A stretch of 58,536 bases of DNA, filler included, from Basidiobolus ranarum (lineage: Eukaryota): the NCBI GenBank assembly GCA_040143965.1. It is 2 parts of 2 records of this genome, joined end to end, with 100 filler letters (N's around TTAATTAATTAA, not from the genome) between each part and the next. Parts side by side here need not be neighbours in the genome. Positions count along the whole stretch, not along the records: positions 1 to 29,381 come from JASJQH010000106.1; 1 more part is not named here. One strand, written 5' to 3'. Positions 11,794 through 24,548 of this stretch are shown piece after piece. The notes under the pieces were generated by a model. It searched no databases. It was not told the DNA's origin and saw only the letters and a program-made list of their open reading frames with translations. Numbering within the stretch: the stretch's first letter is position 1; the number at the start of each line of letters is the position of its first letter. The position numbers and the translations under genes are program-made.

Positions 11794-12699
11794 ATGATTT
11801 CCCCCACAAAGCTATGGTTTCTTCTTTGGATTGCAATTCTTTCCACCTCTATTTTAGGTGAAACAACTGGAGATCATTTCACCCAAGTACTCGTCAAGAG
11901 AGAAGGTAGAAGTTGGAGTGGTAAGAGTGCTACTTCTTTACAGCCATTCAAAATACAGAAGATGTCCTTTGGTCGAACTAATTATCAATTCGCATCCGAT
12001 CCGTTAAAAGGTAACGAAAAAGTACTAAAGATTTTTTATCCCAAGGGAAGTCGTACCCCGTCTTCACCAGGTAAACAAGGTGGTTTAGGATTTTACGCGA
12101 AGCCGCTCTCGCTCCAAGATGAAGTCACCCTTGAATATAAAGTATTCTTCCCTCGTGGATTTGATTTCGTTAAAGGTGGTAAGCTCCCAGGGATCTATGG
12201 AGGTAGCCCGGACTGTCCTAATGGCAATGATAAACGAAAGTGCTTCACTACTAGGTAAATTGATTCACTCAGTTGGTTTACTAAATACCGTACTAAAAGT
12301 GATTCTAGATTTATGTTCCGTACTGGAGGAGATGGTGAAATCTACGCCTACTTGCCCATGAACCAAGTAGCTGGATACTGCAAGACCAACATTTGTAATC
12401 CCACTTACGGAGATTCCCTTGCCAGAGGATCCTTCAAACTTACTACCGGAAAATGGCATACACTTCGTCAGTCCATTCGTCTGAATGATGTTGGCAAACA
12501 AAACGGAGTCCTTAGAGTATGGGCTAATGGGAAATTGGTGATTAATTACCGTAATGTAGTGTATAGAAATCAACGCAATGTGAAGAACATCGGTTTGATC
12601 TTTCACACCTTTTTCGGTGGATCAACCCCTTCATACAGATCTACCAAAGATCAGTATTCATATTTCAAGCATTTCCAAATGTTCGATTATGCCAAGTAA
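11794..12699 (+). CDS. Secreted polysaccharide lyase family 14, copy B
   Basis: Paralog of copy A (FDFVKGGKLPGIYGG, FHTFFGG); one 54-nt intron 12255-12308 joins CFTTR-FMFR. Confidence 0.88.
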
Positions 12700-12713
12700 T
12701 TCATATATATTTT

Positions 12714-12787
12714 GTAATGATGTATAGTTTAGACCAATGTAATCGTAGTTTAGTAATGATGTATAGTTTAGACCAATGTAATCATAG
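12714..12787. repeat. 39-bp tandem duplication in the short convergent intergenic region
   Basis: gtaatgatgtatagtttagaccaatgtaatc starts at both 12714 and 12753. Confidence 0.85.
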
Positions 12788-12800
12788 ACTTTTAATGCTT

Positions 12801-14270
12801 CTATACTCGTTTAACAAAATGAGCAAAGTTAAGATTGTATCCTTCAAATTCATAAAGAATACGATCAGTTTTACGATAACCTTTGATATCATTAATATAA
12901 ATACTTTTAGGTGGGGAATTCTCCAAATCATGATTGAACCGTTGTGGACGCCCTTGATTTCCACGTCGATCATGATGATATGGTGTATAGACATGGGAAT
13001 GTGTATTAACCGAGTCGGGATGATGACGTTGAATATTCTCAAAATGTGTCTCGGCTTGTGAATTGAAAACGGTGACGGTGAATTTCCCTGGCTGGAAGAC
13101 ATTCGTTACTTGCTTGATTAACTGGGAGAGAGCCCTGGACTCGGAGATATCTTCCCCCTTGGATAATGGAACATTCGTCTCGAAGCTTGCATAAGAGCAG
13201 GATTCCTCGGGAGTAACATGAATTGTATAGTAATTGTTATTAATCAATCCATTTAATGAGAAGCCACATGGAGTAAAAAGGAAAGAGTCAGTGAGAGAGT
13301 TGTCATAGATCGAACCTAAGCCAGTGATTCTCTAAAAGAAGGGTTATTAAATGAATAGCATAGAATGGATACAAAGAAATCTAAAACAAACCTCAACATC
13401 CTTGCCTCCTAACTCGGCATCAGGTTGATTAGCGTCAGGATGATGGTAGAATTGATCCATCGCCTTTGGACACAAATCAGTCATTAGAATCTCTACTGTA
13501 ACATCATCAACATCTTCCGGATCCTCCACCAAGGTTTGGTATGAAGACTCCACTGGTTCTTCTCCTTCGATCTTTAAGCAGTTGTCCTGAGGCGGAGTCA
13601 GATATAGAAACCAGTGATCCCCGTTAGTTTTGCCAACGGTGTATGCAGCACCATTATTGAACCAGCCATCCAGATACGCAACTTCATCAGACCAGTTACG
13701 ATGAGGGGCCTTTTGGAGATCTGGAAACATGAAACTCTTACGGGAGTAAAATACTCTCCAAATGCTCTCTAGACCTAGGGAGGAAGCAATCTCTATGATG
13801 CGTGGAACAGCTGCCAATAGAGTAGTGGTACCGCATGTTTTAAGGATCAACTTGTGAGGATAAACAAACATAGAGGATTCACTAAGAAGATAAGAATCGA
13901 CATGTTCATTTTTTATAAGATTTAGCACTTGACAGTGGACCAATTCTAGCATGGATTCCCATACTTTACGTGAAACAGTTCGCAATCCATATCGCTCGTA
14001 ATCATCACCGAATTCTTGTTCAAGATCGATTACTGATGTACCATTTGGAGAGTAACAAATACGACGTTCTTCGGGTAAATTCCCATCTGGAGAGCTGGAT
14101 AATGAGGAAATGGAGGAATCGGAACGGAATTGTTGACGAACAGTTTTTGCATCTGGACTAAACCAAAGTTCGAGTAGTTTTTCTGGTCCTTCAAATTGCC
14201 CAGTATAATATTCTTCCGAGTTAGAAGCAGGCTGAAACTCGCCGTTAAGTGAATTTTCTTCAAGTTTCAT
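12801..14270 (-). CDS. SPE2: S-adenosylmethionine decarboxylase proenzyme
   Basis: FEGPEKLLE, YLLSE/SSMFV autocleavage site, LKTCGTT, FTPCGFS, TIHVTPE, SYASFETN; intron 13332-13391. Confidence 0.97.
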
Positions 14271-14488
14271 GTTGATGGTGTAGTGGAGTATTGAGTTCTG
14301 GGAGGGATTTTTTCGTAACGCGGGAGGTTTTTGGTTGGATTTTTGGTTGGTATATGTATATATATATATATGTTGATCTGTCGTAAACTACTGGCAAGTG
14401 AGCTTAGCGTAGGAAATGGATTTTTTTTGTAGATTTAGTTAGTTAGTACTGGTTCTTTCAGTGGCGATTTGACTTAAGTTTAAGAGCG

Positions 14489-14799
14489 CTATCGCAAGAA
14501 GTTTGAAAAGTGAAGTCGGAATGGTAAGTCCAAAAGAAAGCGTGTTGAGGAGTATCTCTGGTTAGGGCCAGTATGCATATCAGGGAGGAAAGAGAGATTT
14601 TTAGTTAACAAAAACCTTAGAATTCGAAATTCACTGTTACAAAATCGCTTGTTAAAAGTGATAAGGTAACTACAGGTCAACTGGTGGATGTGAACTTTAA
14701 TAGATCAAATATCTTCAAAGGCAAAATGGCATTGCTTATGACCCAAGGCCAGGAAGAGAAAACAGATGTTACCAATTGTTGATATCTCCCCGTTTTATA
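14489..14799 (-). promoter_or_regulatory. SPE2 TATA box and 5' leader uORFs
   Basis: Minus-strand TATAAAA at 14793-14799; uORF1 14715-14732 (MPFCL*); uORF2 14489-14578 (29 aa). Confidence 0.5.
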
Positions 14800-16118
14800 G
14801 TATTTGAAGTTAAAAAAAAATTCTCCCATATTTGTTAGGCCTTATCAAAATAGTCTATCGTCAAGGAATAGAATTAACGCTTTAATTCCATCTCTCTTGT
14901 TTTACAATACCCGTCGTCTGGTGCACATCCCACCAATAGAGAACGTTGCTCTTTTGAATAAATAGATGTTGTTCGAGACTTTTCTGTACTCTTCTCAGAG
15001 GAAGAAGGCAGGACAACCTCATTTACCAGGATATCTCGAGGGAAGTGATGTTTTCAGTATAGTTGGATTCCATTCTTCCAGGTAGCTCACTTCTAATCTA
15101 GTTAAACCTCTTATCGGTAGACGAGTACCAATCCAATGTAATTATGTCATAGTCTGTTCCCTATTACCTGTTCCCTATTACCTGGAATGTTTAGATTCGA
15201 AGATGCAAGCGATTCCAGTGTCTCCTTCCTAGTTTAGTAGTAGATCTTATGAAATAGTTTCTAAAAGTAATTTCTGGAACATTCCAGACCACCCAATCAG
15301 AGTGCCTTAAGATAGAGGGGTATACACTTTCCCGAAGGTTCAGATAGTAAAGCCCGAATATCTGATTGATATGTAGCATAACATGCACTATGCCAACGGC
15401 TCCTCTGCTAATTTATACCTCGTGGAGAAACTACGTTTATGTAGGGGTGAAAGAAAATGACCAACACTCGGATAAAGAATTTCCAAGTCTAATCAGATTG
15501 GTAGTGTTCTTTAGATACTCCGCCCAAGAAAGGAATATCTGAGCAACTCAGCATCTAGATTGGGTCGATTGATATCAGCGATGATAATTGGAGCTTTCAG
15601 GAACCAGGAAGATTTCGTAGATTTTTATTGGATCGATGCTCAGGGTTGGTTTTTAGTTCAACCCAGTTGTTTTGCTACTAATTTTGGCATGTAGAATGTG
15701 GTATAAACTATGGAATAGGCTGATGAAGATAGGTTACAATGCTTGATAATCATATTCCGAGGGAGTGTAATTTGTTACAAAGGTGATATACCAAACACAT
15801 TCCATTATTAATTAACTAGTGTCAAATCAATGAATCTCTAGCTTAAACGTGACAATCAGATCAACATTAATGATACTTACTTGCTCAGAATTCAACGAAT
15901 ATTCCTTAAATGCATTGAGAATTACTAATTCATTGACTGTTTAGTATTGACAGCATTCCTAATACAATTATAATCAGTAAGTGATTACTAATGAATATTA
16001 ATTGTTATTTGTTGCTCTTTTCTGTCAAGCTCTAGATAATCTAACCTGACTCTTTATAAGTACTTCTCTGTCTCTATCCATTACAGTATTCTTCCGCCTT
16101 TGTATCTTTCTTAGTAAT

Positions 16119-17147
16119 ATGCACGCATCAGTTGTAAGTATTGGATTTGAATCTGCTTTGAAAACTCCCCTCTCATTATTGTGTTCTTTTTATTAGATTA
16201 TCATCGGTTCCGGTCCCGCTGGCCACACAGCTGCCATTTATACTGCTAGAGCAAACTTAGAGCCTGTAATGTTCGAGGGTATGCTTGCTGGTGGTGTCGC
16301 TCCTGGTGGTCAATTAACCACTACCACTGAGATTGAAAATTTCCCTGGATTTCCCGAAGGTATCAGCGGAACAGAAATGATGGATAACATTCGTAAGCAA
16401 TCGGAGAAGTTCGGTACTGAAATTATTACCGAGACCATTACACGAGTCGATTTCTCCGCTCGTCCATTCAAAATTTGGAGAGAAGGTAGTGACTCAGAAA
16501 ATGATGAACCAGATACCGCTGATTCTATTATCATCTCCACTGGTGCTACCGCTAAACGTCTTTTCCTTCCTGGTGAAGATGTTTACTGGCAAAATGGAAT
16601 CTCAGCTTGTGCTGTTTGTGATGGTGCCGTACCTATTTTCCGTAACAAACCTTTGGCTGTAGTTGGTGGTGGTGATTCTGCTGCTGAAGAGGCTATGTTC
16701 TTAACCAAATATGCATCCAAAGTTTACGTTTTAGTAAGACGTGATAAACTTCGTGCTTCTACAATTATGGCCAATCGTCTTATGAAACACCCTAAAGTTG
16801 AAATTCTTTGGAATTCTGCTCCTGTTGAAGCCAAGGGTGATGGTAGTTTGTTGAGAAGTTTGGTGATTCAAGATACCAAGACCCAGGAGACTCGTGATTT
16901 GGAAGTGAATGGACTTTTCTATGCTATCGGTCATAAGCCCAATACTGATGCTTTCAAGGGTATCATCGACCTTGATAGTGATGGTTACATCAAGGTTAAG
17001 CCTGGATCTACCCACACCAACATTGAAGGTGTCTTCGCTGCTGGTGATGTTCAAGATCGTCGCTACAGACAGGCCATTACTGCAGCTGGCTCTGGTTGCC
17101 AAGCAGCCTTAGATACCATTGAGTTCTTGGAATCTCAAGAGGATTAG
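16119..17147 (+). CDS. TRR1: Thioredoxin reductase (low-MW, fungal type)
   Basis: [20 protein letters not shown] via intron 16134-16196; CAVC redox motif, GGGDSA, AAGDVQD. Confidence 0.97.
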
Positions 17148-17756
17148 ATTCTACGATAGCGTCAATTAATTATATTGATTTCCAATGTTTACATAAGATT
17201 TCATTAATGTAGTTTTGTAATTTAGATTCAACAAACATAATTCAAACCTTAACTCATTGTCCACCCCTTCCTTAGTCTTCGAGAATAAATATATATGGTG
17301 ATGGATGGAGTATATCTACTTTGAAATCTTTTATTCGTCCATAAGCGACAACGAGTAAGCCTTATTGAACAGTGTGCTATCAAATTGCATGATATTTCCG
17401 AGAAATTATGGATTAATTAAGTTATGAAGTGAACTAAGTAGTAGAAACCAATGAAAGAAAAGAATGCGAAAAGGGCGTAGACAAAACTTGGAATTTCTTC
17501 TATGGGAGGGGAGGGGGTTGAGAAAAGGTGGAAAGGTATTTCCAGAAAAGTATACACATTTGCAAAGGGAAACAGTTCGATAAAGCTAGAAAGCGTCTGC
17601 CATGCTTCAAATGACGATGCGTCTTATTTGCAATTGTTGGAAGATGGAGAAGGAATGAAGTTTGAAACGTTGTACATGAAGTTGTGAGAGCCTATGGGAT
17701 TCCGAGGATATTACATTGGACAAATCAGAATAGACAAAGTATGACATGTCTAAAAT

Positions 17757-19978
17757 TTACTGCACTGCAGATAACGCCGAGTCTTCATTCAGATATTGCT
17801 TACGGGCACTTCTAGTGTATCTTCCATTATATGTCATCGATTGCTCCATCATCTTTAAATATTGTAGGCCTTGTTTGGAGTTTAACGAGATGGCTGATAA
17901 CGTAGTATCAAGAACATCCTGAATCTTCTGTGATGGATTGAGTTGAGATGCTAGCTCTCGGATATGTCGTGAAGGGTCCTCGGTGTTAAATTGCCCGAGC
18001 TCTAATTCCAATATATCTGAAGGTGTTGAAGGTGCTGTCGAATCATTGGAAACTATTAATTGAAAAGAGGTTAGAGTTTAGATCTGCCAAATATATATAC
18101 TGGTATCGCTAAACAATACCTGTAGATTGACTAGCAAGGCCTTCAAGGTGGTGATCATCGGTTAGAGCAGTGGAAATAACATCAACAAAGGTGTTAACCT
18201 CATATTTGGAGTAGTTTACTCGGGAGGGACTTTCCCCTGTATGCCTCGTTTTGGGTGTTTTCGGAGATTTACTCTTAACCTTATGGGTGCTCTTTTGTTT
18301 CTTTGCAGCCTCTTTTTTATAAGGAGCAGTCGGTAATGTACTTTTGCGCTTCGCTGTTAAAAAAATAGGCTATGAATAAGGTACTTATTGATTCCAGATA
18401 ATGGTGGATGGCTTACTTGAACATTTGACTGAAATTTCCGTTTTTCTAATAATTATTTTAGGTATAGAATTAGACATGGCTGCCTGTCGAGGAGATGTTC
18501 TCCTAGGGACAATAACGTATTGTTCACGTGTTTCTTCTTTCTTTGGTGTTGACTTTTTGATGGTGGTCACACTTGGACTATTCGTGTTAACAACCTTCAA
18601 AGGTTGTCGCGTCCCTTCAGGTGCCTTTTTCTTCGAGCATTTTGAAACCGCTTTTACTGGAGTTACTAATGGCTTTTGAGTTTTCTTTTCAACAGGAACC
18701 GGTAATATAATTGGTGTGCCAGCAATAGGGCTAACTTGATCCGAAAGCAATGACTTGCTTAAGGCTAGTTTGAGGTCTGATTCCAATAAATCTATAGCAG
18801 AATCAACATCTCCCATGAGATGATAATCAATGATATTACCCCATTCACTAGCAGTTGGAGGTACTCGGTTGATGTAGATGACCTTGCCAATTTTCGACTC
18901 ATGTACTCTTCCAGCCATTTCCTTGACAAGTTTTTTGATACCGGACACTTTCAAAGAAGTTCCCATTATAACAAGTAAATCAGGATTTCTTCTAATGTCA
19001 AAAGCGCTTAATTGACCAATATGATCCTGGAATGAAGTGCATGCGCGGTAAATAAATAATTCGTGAAATATAGATAGTAAAGGATAGCTTCAAGTACTAA
19101 GCAGTAGTCTTAATAGCTATTAATCTGAACTTACCCCTTGTGGATGGTGCTCATTATAGAGAACAATATTTGGACGAAGAAATCCAGTGGCTTTAGATCT
19201 TTTTCCAACAATATCTCGAATGATTCCCAACTCTCTACAGTTTGGACAAGGAGGAGCGGTTCCCTCTTTAAACTGTTGTTGGTATTGTTCCGTGAAACGA
19301 TATTGTGCATGGCATATAGTACATACGACATACTCCATGCTACCATGAAGCTGAACAGCACGAGTAAAATACTTATTACTTAAATCAAAATCCGTTTCAA
19401 GGCCAGCCTGTTTTTCAAGGCAATCTATGTTCTGAGTATAACAACGAAGCAATTTCCCTTTTTTATCTAGTTCTTTCAAGAACCGATGTGTTCGAGAGTA
19501 CTTCGCTTTGCCCACGACATCCTTGAATTCCCCCATAAAGTGAAAAAATAATTGTGTGGATACAGGATCCTATCGGGAATATTATTAGATAAAAGTCATA
19601 AGGATAGAGAATATCTTGGTGGTTTTTACCTTAAATAATGTGGCATCGAACAAGTCTCTCCCACTCATAATAGCCTTTGGATATTTGTGCTTTAATATTT
19701 CAAATAACCCATCTGCAGAGCGAAAGTCCTGGAATCAGGAATTTAGAAAGAGGATATGAATGGGAAGTGCGAAGACTATAAACTTACGGGAATACCAGAG
19801 GCAACGGATATACCGGCGCCTAAAACAGAAAAGACTTAAAATCCAACTGATGTAGAAGGTGAAAAAACAACTAGTTACCTGTTATTACCACGCAACGTTT
19901 ACATTTTTGTAGCAAATCACGAGTTAAAGTCAAAGTGTCTAAGGACTCTGTGAGGTTGTTCAGAGCAACACTTTTCAT
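17757..19978 (-). CDS. NAD-dependent deacetylase, Hst3/Hst4-type sirtuin with long basic C-terminal tail
   Basis: Spliced: VVITG/AGISVASGIP/DFRSADGLF...GRDLFDA, YTQNIDCLE, QLHGS, CxxC...CxxC, LRPNIVLYNE, MGTSLKV; donors at 18416 and about 18119 extend the frame to the stop at 17757. Confidence 0.9.
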
Positions 19979-21937
19979 AGCAATATACGAATATAGGATC
20001 AGTAAGGTGGTGAGTTGCTCTATGGGTCGAGTGAACACGAAAAATGTAGTATTAATAAGTGAAAGAAAATGCTATGGGGGTGGAAGAAGAGCGCGAAAGA
20101 AGGTTGACAAAGTCGATACAAAATATCATATATATGTATAAATGTTAAACTATAGGGATAATTTGAACAAGGAAGGCAGATATCCAAGTACAACTACTCG
20201 TTAAACCACAAGATATACAAATCAAGCCTAAGAAAGGATAGCTAGTTAAAAAAGGTGTGATCTCAAATTTGGATCTTAATGTGAAAAAAAAGGTAAATTA
20301 TATCAAAAAATGATATGGGATCAAGCAGTCTATTTCTCACCAGCGGATGACTGGCTTTTTAAGCCTACTTTCCATATTCACCCATTTCCATTGGTTAAAT
20401 TGTAGAATACTAGAAACATTTCGATTTTACCAATTGACCCCTCCCTTCCGGCGATTGCGCTTTCCCATTGGACAGAATTATCATCATCTGGTTTTCAATC
20501 TCTAGACTCGATCAATTATAGTCAATGTGGCATATAGTAGATCCCTGAATGATGTCAAAATGTCATAGATCATGGCAATTCATAAAATTCGATGAAACAA
20601 TGCTATATATATTGAACCACCAATTTAAATAAATACATTAAGTGTGTTTGGTATTTTGCCTAATCCAAGCAAATGTTGATTGTTGTTTAGTTAACTTCAT
20701 GTCTTCAAACTCAAGGCAAAGGATTTAGAACAATACAAGTGAGATGCTAAGTGAGATGCTATGACGGTGAAGATTTCTGTTGATTCAACTGATGTTTTAC
20801 TGATATTACTTTGTAAAATGAAAATATCGGACCAATTGATGAGCATATCTTACTTTTGTTTGAGGGTGCTATTGAATAATGCAGTAATAGCCAGGTGATA
20901 TGAAGTTTACTGTATTTAACCCGAAGTCGGTCTCGAGCTTAAAATCTAAAGTAAAAGTTACATAAATAGGCCATATTCTAAACATTTTTCCGATTACGAT
21001 TTCTATTATCGGTACAACATGTGAGCAAATGATACTTTTTCTTCAGTCAAGCCTGGTTGGAGAACATGTATTTATCAACCTCATATTTACTTTGATTCTT
21101 TCGTTATAAATAAGCCTCTGTTATTCAAAATCTACTAAAGAACATGGTTTAATTTGTAGCAAGAAAGGTGTTGGGATAAGTGGTTCTTGTGTACCAAATG
21201 AAATCAGAAAAGTGACTTACGTACAATTTATTGAAGGTAGTTCGATAATTGGCCCAAATGAGCCTGTGAGAATGTTCTCTTTTGCATGATATGAGTTTCT
21301 TCCATAGAGTTTGTTGGATGGTTGTAGCAATTGCACAATATTTACCTAATAAGACCGTGGTGGTTGCACCTTAAATAATAGTATCAACATTTTTATTTTT
21401 ATATCCCGTTCCTGATAGTCTGTTCTCTATGATAAGTAAGTTCCAGAAATTATATACAGTGCGTTCTAAGAGTTGTGGATATATACAAGGAACCTTTGAC
21501 GTCTGTGGATATCGTATTATTTAACATGTAAGTGTAAAGTGGAAGTGCCACAAAAGCGTTGTCAATCAAGTCTTGTTTTTCCCAACAAACCGGGTATGCA
21601 GGTGGTAGCATAAGAGTACCCCAAAATAAAATGATATATATGCCAAGTATACTGGGCCTTTGCTTTATCATATGGTCTAGCAGGTAATAAATGTATATAT
21701 CATGCATTTATATTAATCAAACGTTGCATAGAATTGCAAGCACGGTACCAAAATAAAAGTGATTAATAAATATACTATAAAGTATATTTGGGCAAAGAGA
21801 TATGCGAAACTAGAAAATGTGAGCCGTTTTTAATTTAAATAAAATAGAAGGATAAACGTGAATGATAGATGCAAATGGGTCTATATGAAAGAAGCGCGTT
21901 GTGAGAGAGGTTGACCTATCCACTAGATTCCTGTCCT

Positions 21938-22302
21938 CTATTTCTTCTTCATACCAGCACGCTTTCCTTCACCTAAAGGTAGAGTATATATGGATTAAAA
22001 AAGTGTCAGTGACAAAAAAATAATGACTAATCCTTACCCTTCTTTGGAGCACCCTTTCCTCTTCTCTTCTTTCTGGAGATCTCTTCCTTTCTTTCCAAAG
22101 CATCATAGTCGATTAAATTCAGCTCAGGGAAGGCCTTGGTGATGGTGGCGAGTTTAGGACCTGTCTGAGGATAATAGCTACTAATGGTAGGACCCTTCAA
22201 TTTCTGTCTAAGAACCTTGCTACCAATTCTGGCACTGGTTGGGTTGTAAATGTTGCCGAAAATTTCGGACGAAAGTTTCAATACCTCCTGAATTCTACTC
22301 AT
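21938..22302 (-). CDS. RSM27: Mitochondrial ribosomal protein mS33
   Basis: IFGNIYNPTSARIGSKVLRQKLKGPTISSYYP...RGKGAPKKG, then an intron and GEGKRAGMKKK*. Confidence 0.92.
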
Positions 22303-22624
22303 GTCAATCAAACTTGGGTGAAGAGATAAAGTAATAAGAACTCTCAAGGTTAGCAAAAGTCAATGAATCATTCACCACCATCTCCAGCTCCACCAAGCAA
22401 AATTTTTAGCCTGGAAGCACGTGCGAATTCGATCATATCAATCAATATCGATTAATTCTATTTTGATTTGGTGACTACATCGCAAAGGACTAGCATAAAT
22501 ATACGAATGGACTCATTTTCTGACCAATTCTTGCTAAGGTCTATTAGTAATCACGACAAGAATGTCCCCTTTATAATCGATCCCGCTTCATAGATACTTT
22601 TCTTTATTCTACCATTATCACAGT

Positions 22625-23350
22625 ATGTCAGAAAACGATGCTTGGAAACTTTACTATTGGCCAGGTATGCCAGGCCGAGGTGAATTTATCCGCTTGTTAT
22701 TTATTGAAACTTCAACACCTTTCGAAGATGTATTTGCGGGAAAAGACTGGGAAGCGGTTGGAAAAGTCAACTACGAGTTATCCAAGGAATTCTTTGCTTT
22801 ACCTACTATCAAGCATAACGAATTTCTTTTGTCACAGACCCCGGTCATCTGTAGGTATTTGGCAGTAAAACTTCAAAATGGTATCCTTTACCCACAAGAG
22901 GAAACTCTTGGGTACCAGGCTGAGATGATAATGGCAGGAATTGTAGATCTAACCGCCGAAGGTCATGACGCATGGCACCCCATAGACAAAAATGCTTCTT
23001 ATGAATCACAAAAGGACCAAGCTAAACCTTTTATCGAGTATTACGAAAATAAAAGACTACCCAAGTGGTTCGCTTTCTTTGAAAGGATATTGGTAGAAAA
23101 CGAGAAGAAATTCCCTACTTTCAACCAAGAAGAAGGCCCATATTTGGTCGGGGAGAGCCTTAGCTACGTTGATCTATGTATATTTCATATCTTGGATGGT
23201 ATAGCATTTCAGTGTCCTGCAGCCTATGCAGCCATTCATGCACCCAAATTGAAAGCTTTGAAGAAAAGAATAGAGAATCGTCCCAAGATCAAGGAATACT
23301 TGTCATCTTCTCAAAGAACCAAATTTACCGGAACCGGACCAATATTTTAG
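22625..23350 (+). CDS. Glutathione S-transferase
   Basis: 241 aa, intronless; LYYWPGMPGRGEFIRL, LSQTPVICRYLA, SYVDL N-cap, RPKIKEYL. Confidence 0.92.
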   Translation: MSENDAWKLYYWPGMPGRGEFIRLLFIETSTPFEDVFAGKDWEAVGKVNYELSKEFFALPTIKHNEFLLSQTPVICRYLAVKLQNGILYPQEETLGYQAEMIMAGIVDLTAEGHDAWHPIDKNASYESQKDQAKPFIEYYENKRLPKWFAFFERILVENEKKFPTFNQEEGPYLVGESLSYVDLCIFHILDGIAFQCPAAYAAIHAPKLKALKKRIENRPKIKEYLSSSQRTKFTGTGPIF

Positions 23351-23938
23351 GTATTTATTGCCTTTGTAAACAGCACAAATATCAATAGAGACGAATACCT
23401 ACTCATGCACTTCTACCTGTCTATATTTGGGGAAGTAGACGGGGGTGTGCTTTTCAGTAAACATTCTACCGAAATAAAATGGTGAAATAGTATAGCAAAA
23501 TAGCTTCTGATTTGTTTTCCTGCTTATTGGCGATCCTATGGGAGGCTTATCAGTAGTAGTAATAATGTAGAGTACGACATGCTCTGCTTATTTTTTACCC
23601 TACCTGCATTACATATGTTTGCTCATTTTAATCATTTAATATTCGCTTTCTGTAGAAATCGATAATTTCTGGATTGTCGTTTAACTTCATTTATTACATC
23701 AACATGACATAATCAGGTGGTGAGGTGTAGGAAATACAGGAGAATAAAATATTACTTAATTTCCATATCAGCATTTGTATCATTAACTGCAATCATAATT
23801 ATACCATCATTTATCCTACGAGCAGGTGGTATATATAAAGGATTATTGCTCACTTCCCTACTTTTCACACTTCACTGCAAACTTAGCAACCATAAACTGA
23901 TATCTACACTTGGGACTTACTTCACATACAATATAGCT

Positions 23939-24548
23939 ATGAAGCAACTCCCTCAGAAACCATATAAGGAATACTGCTCGCCAATATATGAAACCACTTG
24001 CTCTACCGCCAGAAGGAAAGGGAGTAGAGTTAAGCGGCTATCGAAGTCTGGACTTTGTGGCCTTGTATGTATACATATATATACCTTTATACTTGTTGCC
24101 TAGAAAGCTCGCACTAAAGCAAGTCAAATATTTTAGAAATCAGAGAAAGCGAATACCTCTATTTCTTTAAGCGAACAAGCGGTGGAATTATTACGGAAGG
24201 AGGCTTTTCGCGAACTACAACGACAGATCCAGTGTTATAATGAACAGTTAGTTACTCGTATGAAATTTGTAGAGTCTCTTCCTTTCGACGAGCAACAAAC
24301 CTGGCTTGAGGCCTTCGTTCAACATGACCGCCACCGAGACCCAGACGAGGATATTGAGTTCCTTATTGATGCCATGAATGATTCAGCTACTACTAAGGAT
24401 TATTCACCTATTATAGAATGGCAACAAAATACGGTATACATGCATTTATCGGTACACTGTCTCTAGCAATACACTAACGTTCTTTGAGTAGTTATCCGAT
24501 AATACACCTGATTGTACATATTTACATACTCTGGGCGACATGTGGTGA
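23939..24548 (+). CDS. Hypothetical protein (about 160 aa, 3 exons)
   Basis: TATATAAAG at about 23830; exons 23939-24064, 24137-24433 and 24492-24548 with GT-AG ends and CTAA branch sites join in frame; helical core LRKEAFRELQRQIQCYNEQLVTRMK. Confidence 0.65.
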
